A stretch of 64,000 bases of DNA from Camelus ferus. Lineage: Eukaryota. The DNA lies in NCBI RefSeq assembly GCF_009834535.1, contig NC_045697.1, positions 115,756,001 to 115,820,000 of the forward strand, in the 5' to 3' direction. The notes below the pieces were generated by a model. The model had not been told where the DNA came from and searched no databases. It worked only from the letters and a program-made list of their open reading frames with translations. Positions 39,560 through 50,482 of this stretch are shown in pieces; the first letter of the stretch is position 1; each line of letters opens with the position of its first letter. The position numbers and the translations under genes are program-made.

Positions 39560-39925
39560 CAAGGCACTTTTTCAAGCACCTCACACCCCCCAAAATCTAT
39601 AAGCTGGCTTGTTTATTATCTCCATCATCACACAGAGAAGGAAACCAACAGCCTTGACAAGTAAATTTGCCCAGATTCAGATGGTTCATGGGTACAGACT
39701 CATACAGTCTGCCTTATAAGATGATGCTCTCCTGCAGTCTGCTATGCTGTCTCAAAAATAAGAACAAGAATATTAACAACTATGTGATGCTTTAGGCATG
39801 GTTCTGAGTGTAGTACATATATTCATCTTCAGGGTGGGTATAATTATTATCCCATTTTACAGATGAGAAAACCTAGATCCAGGGAGTTTAAATAGCTTGC
39901 CCAAACTCACACAATTAGAAAGATC
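39560..39925 (-). mobile_element. Two adjacent MIR fragments
   Basis: tattatccccattttacagatgagaaaac; gcccaaactcacacaattag. Confidence 0.7.
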
Positions 39926-40299
39926 ACTCTCTGAGTATTAATTTCTATTTATCTCTTGTGTGATCCTCCCTTCCCCCTTTCCCAGAAAAGTGGTCTCTCC
40001 TTAATGTGTCCTTCCCTATAGGCTTAAGTTACAGGTTGAAAAGCAGAAAAACCCTCATGAGAGCAGAAGGATTCTTTAATTTTGTTTTTTGTTTGTTTGT
40101 TTGTTTTCCAGAGGTAATCCCAGTGAGTTTATGCTCAGTAATTCGGAGACAGTAAAGAGAAAGACAAGAAGAGATGAGAACAAGGGAGCTTTCCGTAGCT
40201 GGGAAAAGAAGGGAAGATGGTGGGTTCCCCGGAAGAGAAAAACATTTCCTTCCCACTTGTGGTCCTCAGGTGCACAAGTGCTCAGAGAAAAAAGAAATA

Positions 40300-40700
40300 G
40301 CTCTGTGACCCCCTGCGACGTCTGGGCTGCGGTCCCAGGATGCTCAGCCCTGACGGGTGCGGCCACCCTTTCCCAGCACGGCAGGCCGCTGCCTCGCAAG
40401 GCGTGGTGGCAGCCCGGCCGTCGGTAGTGATGGGATGGTCCACGGCGCAGAGGGCCCTCCCGCCTCGTAGGACTCGAAGTAAGAACCCTAGTGCTGGTCA
40501 CGTGACTGGGGTGGGGCGAAGGGCGGAAGGAACTGAGCTTGCGTTTCCTACACTTTGAAGTTGGACTGACTTCAGTTTTAGAAAAAGAACGCAATGTAAT
40601 GACTGGCGAAGCGAAGTTTCCAAAAGAGACCGTCTCTGCTGCACTTCAACGGTACCCTCTTGAGAAACTGACGTGCTTTCCAACACGTGGATCCCAGGAA
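40300..40700. promoter_or_regulatory. CpG-rich promoter-like element
   Basis: High CpG; perfect GTCACGTGAC at 40497-40506; GC boxes ggggtggggcg and gggcgg; ETS cggaag; TGACGT at ~40668; CACGTG at 40684. Confidence 0.65.
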
Positions 40701-41785
40701 AGCAGCCTTTCTTACCTAGAATTATTTACCTACATTCTGATTTCTGAACATGTGTCCAAAAATCCATGTAAACCAACTTCTCAATTCAAGAGGCCGCTGA
40801 CTTCTGATTTTCCAAAATGCTCAGATTTCTTCTTCCTGATACTATACTGAGAGAGTTTGAACTGTGGTCCCTCTTCGTAGGTAACCTTCTTGTCAAAATA
40901 CAAATCCCTGCATTTGAAGCGAAGAGTCACGAACAATTGTAGAAATAATTCTGGACTTTAGTCTGCAGGAGTAATAGCATAACCATAGAGTTTTTATTTT
41001 AACTGACTATAGAAATGATGAAAATGCCTAAATTCACTGTGTCATCTTGGGAATAAACACCTACAAAAAGTGAAAAACTAATCTTTTGTAACCCTGACAT
41101 ACTGAAAAATGATCTATCCATAATAATGTTCCCTTTTCCCACAAGAAAAACATTTTCATGATTTAAAAAAAGCCAAACAGGAAGAAAAAAAAAACCTTAA
41201 TATTATTGCATCTTGGTAGAGTTATTTAAAATTATGTACACAGTTTTTAAATGATGGACAGATTATGCTCAGTGCTAGAGCATAATATATGATGGGGTTA
41301 AATGCTCCTTTGTTTTCCTGTTGAAGATTCTTCTCCATGACAAGCCACAGCTGTCAAGCCTTCAGCAGAAGTCTGCATTTTTGTCAGGGAAAACAATTAC
41401 AGTCTGAAGTTTGCTGACTTCCTTCCAAATATAGCTCCCTTCTCCACAAAAGGTAGTTGACAGACTGTAGAAACTCTAACCAAACTGAAAACCAAGAAGG
41501 CATCTCTTATTTCTGGAGAAGGTACGTCAAGACGTCAAATTCTCCAGGTAGAGGCTCTCAGTGTCGGTTATTGAAAGAGATGCTTTGAAACCCATAATAT
41601 GTTTTTTTAAAGGCCTAAGAGACACAACGGTTTCCATTATCCAGGAACATTTTTGAAAATTATTTGTTCCTAAGCAAAGATGACATTTCTAAGCCAGGAT
41701 GAGAAATCTCAATTGAGGGATGAATTGTAAAGTATTTGTGATACATTTATTGTCACAAATCCATCAAAAGACTGAACATTTTATG

Positions 41786-41925
41786 GCGGGGGCAGGGTGT
41801 AGCTCAGTGGTAGAGCACGTGCTTAGCATACACAAGGTCCTGGGTTCCACCCATGGTACTTCCATTAAATAAAACAAACAAAAGAACAAACCAAAACAAA
41901 AAGCCAAAAAAATTTTTAAAAAAGA
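41786..41925 (+). mobile_element. Vic-1-like SINE, short form
   Basis: gggtgtagctcagtggtagagcacgtgcttagcat...gtcctgggttcc + A-rich tail. Confidence 0.9.
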
Positions 41926-42451
41926 AACACATCATATATATTTAAACCCATATATTCTTAATAAAAAACTGAAAGTTCTTATGCTTGTGTATGTCAAGTA
42001 TCTCCAAATGTATTTTTCTATCAGTAATTCTGTTATGCTATGACATCCTTACATGATGAATCTATTTTCAAGATCAAGTTTTAATGGTCATTTAAGTGAT
42101 GGCTCCCTGTGTTCTTCTTAGTCAGAATCATGAAAGTCTGGTGGGGAAGTAGTTCCGTACTCTTAAGGTTAGGTTGTTGGTTTTGGTTTTGTTTGTTTGT
42201 TTTGCGTCCCTGGAGTGGTTTAGGCACACAGGGAGATGGGGCTGGAATGGCAGCAATCAAGAAAGTCTAGATGAAATTGTATTTTAGATGAAAGCACTGT
42301 TGTCAACCCCAGCAAGGTCATGCAGAGAAAGACGGCGTTTTCTGTACATTGCATATGTTGTTGGCTTAACTGACTTTAGTTTAGTTTTAGTTTTAAGTTT
42401 CTTTGGCAGGAGTCAGATGGGATAAAAGAGAGATTTTAAAACTCTGCTGCA

Positions 42452-42797
42452 GGGGGAGGGTAGAACTCAGTGGTAGAGTGCATGCTTAGCATGCATGAAT
42501 TCCTGGGTTCCATCCCCAATACCTCTATTTGCAAATGTTAGCCACTATATATAAAAATAGATTTTTAAAAAAGTTTCTGCTATATAGCACAGGGAACTAT
42601 ATTCAATACCTTGTAATAACCTTTAATGAAAAAGAATATGAAAACAAATCTATGTATGTGTATGCATGACTGGGACGTTGTGCTGTACACCAGAAATTGA
42701 CACATTGTAACTGACGGTACTTCAATTAAAAAAAAAAAAATTTAAACCAAAAAAAAAGTGAATAAATAAGCCTAATTACCTCCTCCAAATAAAAAAG
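42452..42797 (+). mobile_element. Vic-1-like SINE (long form) split by an L1 3' fragment (~42529-42758)
   Basis: SINE head 42452-42528, L1 3'UTR with poly(A), then SINE tail gcctaattacctcctcc. Confidence 0.88.
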
Positions 42798-43879
42798 GAA
42801 TTTAAAAAATTCTATTCCAGATCCATGCTCTATTCTAAACAGGATGTTGAAGTTATTGTCCACTCAGAAATTTGAATAGTCTGTGCTGTCTCAGTGTCTA
42901 GCTAATTGAATTTCTAAGGCTCTCATCCCGAGAGTTTTTCATCCTGTTTCAAAGCAAACCAATGAGAAGGTGGAATACGAAAAGCCTAGCCTTTTGGTAG
43001 TCTAGTAAATCCAACATTTGGAGGAAGACTGTATCTGATGATTTTTAACTTATATCTTTTTATTTCCCCTGATTCTCGAATTGGATTTGAGTTGGCTTAT
43101 AAGAAAAGATATATTTATTATAAGGCTGTTAAAAAGTATACATATAAAACTCTAAGCCATCAAATATAGGTAGAAATAAACGTGGTAATCATGAAATCAA
43201 ATGCAGAGGAAGCTTGGCATTTAGCTCTGAACTTTCCCTAAAGACCAAGCGAAAACGGTAATGCAGTCAATTCCGCATTTTATTTATTATTTGTTAGGTG
43301 AAAGCCTTGTAGTCATTTAATAAAGAGGATTTCTCTTTACATTAACTCCTAAAATTGATTTCACGGAGCTCCTGCCTTTTAGGATTCGAGGAATCACATC
43401 ATATATTAGTGACCCCTAGCTTGGAATCAACAGGCAATTGACTTATAAAAAGGTTTAACATTCTCTTATATCATGTGAATATACCAGATATTTGCATTGA
43501 AAGAGACAGAGAGAAATATCAAAAGTGAATTTGTTATTTTCTTAGAATAACATATAACATATGCTTATATTCACCTACTCCATGGGATGGGATGTACCTA
43601 TCCTTGGAACAAAGTGAAAGCTACACCCAATACGATCACATTTCTGCTGTGTTTTCCTTCTATAAATAGTAAACAATCTTCAGCCCCTTCCAGGGGTAAA
43701 AATCACTTATAGTGCTGGATTGAACAGTGGTCTGAGAAGTACTGAATCACTGAACTCTCAGTCTGTTCCAGTGTATTTTGAAGACAAAATTATCATGGAT
43801 ACCTCACCCTGCAGGGGTGATTGGGTGGTGAGACGTGGAAATGAAATAATACTTGTTTACCAAATGAGAACTTCTCAAC

Positions 43880-44060
43880 TACCAAAAAGAATGAGACAGA
43901 AATTGGCTTCCTCACTTACTGGCTATAAGATTCCAGATAACCTCTTGGTTTTCTCACCCATAAGATGAGAATGGTAACTAGCCCCCCCAAATTTTTATAA
44001 ATATGAAATAAGATATTGTATAGAAATCAGAGAGCACTCATTAGGTCCTCTGCATATTTT
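43880..44060 (+). mobile_element. MIR SINE (degenerate)
   Basis: cacttactggctat...ggttttctcacccataagatgagaatggtaa. Confidence 0.55.
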
Positions 44061-44199
44061 TGGTTTCTTACACATAAAGCTAGAAAATCAACTTTGAACA
44101 CCAATGTTCTGAACCATCTTTCACGACAGATCACAAATTATTTTGTGGCATCCTCGCTGAATATAAAAATTTTTAAATACCTCCCTGTTCTCATTTGAA

Positions 44200-47140
44200 A
44201 TATCCAGTGGCTAAAGGAAGGACTAATCATTAGATGAAACCAGATAACATATCAGCAATTTGGAAAACAAAATAAAAGCGTTCTTCATTTCATATAACAC
44301 ACCAAAATAATTTTTATGGACATCATTCATAAAGAAACTATCTATTAGTGGAAAAAAAACTTCTACAAATTAATAAACTGGAAGAAATTCTATTTGATAG
44401 ATATAACTATATAAAACTGTAAACTTTTCTGGTTAAAATATTAAAAAATAATTAAAATCAAATAAAGGAAAATAATTAAGCATTTATTGCAGCTCAATAT
44501 CTATTGTTAATATAAAAGGCACCTACATACCATTAATAACAAAATTAAAAACCCACATAAAACAACATGAAAGACAGAAACTGATGAAAATGATGAAGAT
44601 GGATTCCTGGCCAGTATCTTTTTCCCTCCACTTTCTCCCAGGATCACTGTGTTTCTCCCCTACCTTTTCACAAATTTGTGTTTTGAGGAAAGCTGACCCT
44701 ATTTCCAAATTTAGGATAGATTCCGATTAGTCTGAGAACACTAAATCCTGGCTTTTCGTGCCTGCTTTTTTTTAATTGACATGTAGTTGGTTTACAGTGC
44801 TAGTTTCAGGTATACAGCAAAGCAATTCAGTTATACATACACATTCATATTTTATATACACGTATTTTTGTATTCTTTTCCATTATAGCTCATTGCAAGA
44901 AATTAAATATAGTTCCCTGTGCTATACAGCAGGTCTTTGTTGTTTATTTATTTTATATGTAGTAGTGTGTACCTGCTAATCCCAAACTCCTAATTTATCC
45001 CTCCCTCCTCTTTTCCCCTTTGATAACCATAAGTTTATTTTCTATGTCTGTGAGTCTGTTTCTGTTTCATAAATAAGTTCATTTGTGTCATTTTTAGATT
45101 CCACATGTAAGTGATATCATATGATATTTGTTTTTCTCTGTCTGATTTACTTCACTTTATATGTTAATCTCTAGGTTCATCCATGTTGCAGTAAATGGCA
45201 TTGTTTTATTCTTTTTTATGGCTGAGTAGTATTCCATTGTAAAAATATACCACAACTTCTTTATCCAGTCATCTGTTGATGGACATTTAGGTTGTTTCCA
45301 TGTCCTGGCTATTGTAAATAGCACTGCTACGAACATTGGGCTGCATGCATGCATCAAATTAGTTTTCCCTGGATATATGCCCAAGAATGGTGTTGCTGGA
45401 TCATATGGTAAGTCTATTTTTAGTTTTTTAAGGTGCCTGCTTTTATCCCAGGAGTGGTCTTGTGGCCACGTTGGTCCAATCTGGAGGAAAGGACTTACAT
45501 ACCATGGTTACAGAAGTTGTCTCACTCTATCTTGCTGGATATGAACAAGAAAGCATCTAGCTATAATAGAAAATAGAAACAGTATCAAGATGATGCTGAT
45601 GCAAAATGGTGGGACACGGAGAAAAATTTTTGTCTTTATTGATATTAAGTAGATGATCAGGCTACTTACTACACAGTTCATTCATTCCACCAGCCAACTT
45701 TCATTTATGTAAGGCAACAAATACTTGAGACAAATAGGACATAAATACTAAAATGATACATATATCACAATTATAATTAACATGTCAATAATTTGGGAAC
45801 ATGGTAAGAAATTTGCTCATAGGAAAATTTATGGTTTTACTTATTTTTGTATTAAATCAAAGTGGAAAACAAATTAAATAAACATTCAACTTAAGATGCT
45901 AGAAGAATTAACTTAAAAACAAAAACAGAACAGATATTATTCTGAGATAATCAAGTACCAAAACTGGCTTCAGATAAAGTCAAAAACCTGATAAGCCAGT
46001 AATACTAAAAAATATATATACATAAATGGTTATCAAAGGCCTTCTCTGCGGAAAATAATACAGTCTTTATTTCACAATACTCACAAAAATAAATTCCAAT
46101 TTGTTTGGAAATAAACTTTACAAAAGGAATAATTAAAATATTAGGATAAACACTGATGAGTAAATTTATGTTCCAAAAGTATGTAAAGCAGGAAATTCCT
46201 TTTTATTCAAAACAAGAACCATTAAAGCAGAATGTTAAAATTCTGCACAAAATATTCATAAACAAAAAAATACAGAATAAAAAAAATGACATATATAACA
46301 TAAAAGGTGGTATCTAGATATCTACAAATAAACAAGCAAAAAGTAACTAAAATTTTTAAATAAAATATTAATGGGAAATTTATATAAAAGAAACTGCAAA
46401 TCACCAATAAACACATGAAAAGGGAAGTTACATCACTAGTAATTGGAAAAAAATGAAAATTTAAACAATAGCTTACTATTTCCCCTCTCACACTGGCAAA
46501 AACTTTACTCTGTAAATATCCAGCTCATACTGCAGTGAACCTGGTAGAATGCTAACTGGTAATAAGCACTTTAGAAGACAATTTGACATTTTCCATTGAA
46601 GTTAAGAATAAATGTATCTTGAGGTCCAGAAGTTTAATTTCGAGAACTCATGCTAGACAAAATCTTGGACATGTGCTCAAAAAAGAAGAAAGTATAGTAA
46701 CAGTTCCTTTTTATTAACAACAAAAAAAATAGCATAAATAAGAATGACAAACTTTTTTATTATTCATATTGTATCCCAATTATGAAGTGTCATACAGCTT
46801 CTCAAAGGAACAAATGAAATCTGTATGTCAAAACAAGATACTGTTGAGTAAAAAATTAGGGCGTAATACATGCAATATGATACCATTTTTGTGTAAACAC
46901 ATAATTATAAAACAATAATGCATTGTATTTTATGAATACATATCAACATACATAGCTGTAGTCATTACAAGGCTTTGGAGTGTTTCCCAGAGAATTTTAA
47001 TACTGGTTAACTCTCACGAGGAAGGGACAGAGGTAACAACTAGACAGTGTTGAAAATAAATTAGCCTTATCTATAATGTTTAATATATTTTGAAGAAAAT
47101 TACTTGTGGGTTATTAATATAATAAAAGTTTTTAAACAGT
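44200..47140 (+). mobile_element. Very old fragmented L1M (L1ME/MD-like), interrupted by an MLT LTR and a young L1
   Basis: A-rich strand with L1 motifs (aataaacacatgaaaaggg...catcactagtaatt, tatgataccatttttgtgtaa). Confidence 0.6.
44770..45432 (-). mobile_element. Young L1 3' fragment inserted into an MLT1-like LTR
   Basis: ORF 45157-45384 translates to the L1 ORF2 end ([20 protein letters not shown]); perfect 12-bp TSD gtgcctgctttt at 44758 and 45433. Confidence 0.95.
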
Positions 47141-47490
47141 GCTGTAGACTGAATGCTCATATCCTCCCAAAATTCATAAATTGAAATCCTAACTTTCAAT
47201 GTGATGGTATTAAAAGGTGGGGCCCTTAGAGGCTGATTAAGTCATAGGGGTGGAGCCCTCTTGAATGGGATTAGTGCCCTCATAAAAGAGACCCCAGAGA
47301 GCCCCCTCACCCACTCCACCAGATCAGAAGCAAGAAGATGGTAGTCTACGAACCAGGGAGCAGGCTCTCAGTAGGCACCAGATTTGCCAGCACCTTGATC
47401 TTGGAGGATTTTCCAGCCTCTGAAACAGTAAAAAAAAATAGATTTCTATCATTTATAAACCACCCACTATATGACATTGTTCTTATAGTA
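47140..47490 (+). mobile_element. MLT1A-like MaLR LTR
   Basis: tgctgtagactgaatg...aaattcata...aatgtgatggtatt...ggtggagccctc...atgggattagtgccct. Confidence 0.88.
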
Positions 47491-47594
47491 CCCTCTTTAC
47501 AATGTCATGGCTACAGACATGCACACTTTTAGAGTTCAGTGTGCATTATTAACCTTCTCTCTATTGTTTTCTAAATTTTACTCAATGAACAAAA

Positions 47595-47977
47595 CAAACC
47601 ATCATGCCCGAATTTGTAGCATTTGCTGATTTCCATAATGTAGACACTCCTATCACGGCCAATTTCAAGCCATCAAAGTGCTACCACTGATAATGGAGTC
47701 GGAAAGAGGTGTTTGGTAACACATTATTATATAAAATTCCCAACTTACAGATGTGATAGATGTAAATAACCTCAGGAGTTGATAGTAAAATGTAATGAAA
47801 TAATTAGGAAGTGATGGGTTTTGAATATTTATTACTTTTTATTTTTAATATAATTATAAACTTGAATAATTTAAAATTTAATAATGGCTGAGTTGTTAAC
47901 AATTGGCGCACCAGTTTCCTGAAAGTCTGACAACCCGTTCTCTATGAGGTGGTACAAGCTGGTTCCAACAAACAACT
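47595..47977 (+). mobile_element. Arthur1-like hAT-Tip100 3' fragment
   Basis: gcatttgctgatttcc...ggccaatttcaagc...ttcctgaaa...ggtacaagctggttccaaca. Confidence 0.7.
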
Positions 47978-48138
47978 AATTCCGGGTGTCACTGTAAAGC
48001 TCTTAAACTTGTGTCTCAAATAGGAACCAGGTTCCTTAGACAATGCAGAAATTATAGAAATGCTATTGAAAATATATCCATGAATTCATGATAAAATATC
48101 ACATTAGGGGACCAGGAATCAACATTGAAATCACACTT

Positions 48139-48275
48139 TGTTTTTATTTTTATTTTTTTGGTGGGGGGAGGTAATTAGGTTTATTAATTTATTCTTAGGG
48201 GAGGTGCTGGGGATTGAACCCAGGACCTTATGCATACTAAGCATGCGCTCTGCCACTGAGCTATACCCTGCCCCC
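48139..48275 (-). mobile_element. Vic-1-like SINE, long form
   Basis: gggggaggtaattagg...ggggattgaacccagg...ctgagctataccc; TSD tgaaat(c/t)acactt. Confidence 0.92.
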
Positions 48276-48419
48276 TGAAATTACACTTGATTTCCAAGGA
48301 TATAGATTGCATCTTCACTCTGACATGTGCCACAAAATGAAAGACATTCCCAATGACATTATATTTCCTTCATGAAAGAGTTTAAATGAAAGGATGTTGA
48401 TATTAGGAGAGAGGGAGCC

Positions 48420-49820
48420 ATCTCATAATTCTCACTCATGCCCTCACTTCTACATCAACTGGCCCTCCTCCATTCTAGACCTGAGTTGGTGGTCCCATCC
48501 AAGAGGGACATTGGGACACTTACAAGTCATTGTGCTTCTTCCCCCAGTCTCATCCAATTCCCCCACCACCTCATCTATTGGGCATCTCTTGAACTCTTCA
48601 AATCTTCTGGGCCTTATCCCATATCCTGAGCTTCTGGAGAGACCTCAGCCACCACTTCTGAGCTCCACATGGGCTCCAGAGAACTCCTCGCAGGTGCGCA
48701 CCTAGAGCACCTCCAAGCCTACGGTATCTTCATGCTGCTTCACGCACAGTGCCTCGCACATCTCCTTCATTCCTCTCTCCAGGAAGGCCCCTCGCCTATT
48801 TCCATTGTCATGAGAGTTCTAAATTTTGACCTCCTTGCTTAACCCAATCCCTAAGCCATGCTCTGGTGTGCTGTGTTATAGGATCAGATCCAAGCTCCTT
48901 GTCATGACACCCAAGACCTCTCACAAAGGGGTCTCTGCCTTGACCTCCAAATCTGTTTCCCACAACTCCTCCTTACACTCCAGTAGTAACAAACTTGAAT
49001 TTTCCTTTTTTTAGCAGATATCTTATTTATTTACTTACTTACTTATTTACTTATTTATTTTGATGGAGGTACTGGGAATTGATCCTAGGACCTCATGCAA
49101 GCTAAGCGTGTGCTCTCCCACTGAGCTCTACCGTCTCCCCTGCGAACTTAAATTTTCTACATGGTTGTTTCCATCTATATCCTGTTTAAAATTGTCCATT
49201 TGTATTTATATGTGTATTACTTGATATGTTGCAGAACAAGCAATACACTAGCATGTTGCTTGATTGCTTACCTTAGGGATGTGTGTGCTGAGTGCTTCTT
49301 CCCATCCTCCTCTCCCCACCCTTTTCTGTCAACTCTGTATCCTAAATTTCTCTTGAATGTTTCCAACCCCATTGACACTGCCCTAGTTGGAATACACTAT
49401 CACCATGTTCCTAGGCTGATTAAATAGCTCATCGTTGGTGCTTCTAAATTTCTTCTTTTTCCTTCCAAACCATTCTTCACGCTGCAACCAGATGTTCCTT
49501 AGAAGCCATGAATCCCTTCTAAACTCTCTTAAAATAAAGTTATTGAAAAACCAAAAGGCTCTGTCTCCTACTCATAGGTTTCAATTCAGTTACATTTCTT
49601 CAGGGAAGCATTTCTTAATATCACAGGCTAAGTCAGCTTCCCTGTTTTGACCCCTTATGGAATCATATACTATATATAAAAAATAACAAATTAATGTGAA
49701 GTTGTTCATTTAAGGTCCCTTTTTTGCCCCACTATTCCCTGTGAAAGTGTGACTCATGTCTGTTTTGTGTACCAAGCACATGGAAGGTATTCAAAACCTA
49801 CTTGCTGAATGCGTGAGTTA
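48420..49820 (+). mobile_element. L2 fragments (interrupted by a SINE)
   Basis: Pyrimidine-rich; ataggatcagatccaagctcctt; ends tgctgaatgcgtgag, like the L2 3' end. Confidence 0.6.
49005..49144 (-). mobile_element. Vic-1-like SINE, short form
   Basis: ggaggtactgggaattgatcctagg...gctaagcgtgtgctct; TSD aactt(g/a)aattttc. Confidence 0.9.
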
Positions 49821-49979
49821 GTTAATTAACTAAGCAATCAACTTCGCATCAGTTCAGTCCTCAGGTGATTGACAACACAAGCAGTTAAGACAGAATTAAT
49901 TGGTGAGACCCCTCAGTTGTTGACTCTTGCACACTAGTGATGCAGAAAGTTCTTACGTAAATGCCCAGCATTAATTCAA

Positions 49980-50482
49980 TGTGCAACTTTCCTATCACTA
50001 CTGCAGCAAATGACCACAAACTCAGTGACTTCAAATAACAAAATGTATTTTCTTATGCTTCTGGAGGTCTGAAGTCCAAAATGAGGATCATGGGACTAAA
50101 ATCAAGCTGTGAACAGGACTGGTTCCTTCAGACGCCTCCAGGGGAGAATCCATTTCCTTGTCTTTTCCAGCTTCTAGAAACCAGCTGTGTTGTTGGCTTG
50201 TGGCCCCCTCCTGGCATTATTCCAACCTCCTGCTTCCTTTGTCCGTCTACTAGTGGCTCTGACCTGTCTCTCTCTTACAAAAGGACTTTTGTGAGTAGGT
50301 ACATCTGGTCTACCCAGATAATTGAGGCTAATTCCCAGCTCCAGATCCTTGACGTAATCACAGCTCCTTAACTTAACCATAGCTGCAAAGCCCTTCTTAC
50401 CATGTGAAGTAATTCACTCACAGATTCCAGGCATTAGGATGTGGAAAATCTTTAAGAGGGCATTCTTCAGCCTTTCTGCACT
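49980..50482 (-). mobile_element. MLT1D/E-like MaLR LTR
   Basis: accacaaactcagtgactt...ttctggaggtctgaagtccaaaat...ggggagaatccatttccttg. Confidence 0.85.

Noticed and set aside
40029..40850. Cluster of overlapping ORFs on both strands
   Set aside because: Expected from GC-rich, stop-poor CpG sequence; no coding signature
41786..41870. tRNA-like sequence (also at 39.4, 42.5, 48.2, 49.1 and 61.6 kb)
   Set aside because: SINE heads: A-rich tails, TSDs and decayed stems; not tRNA genes
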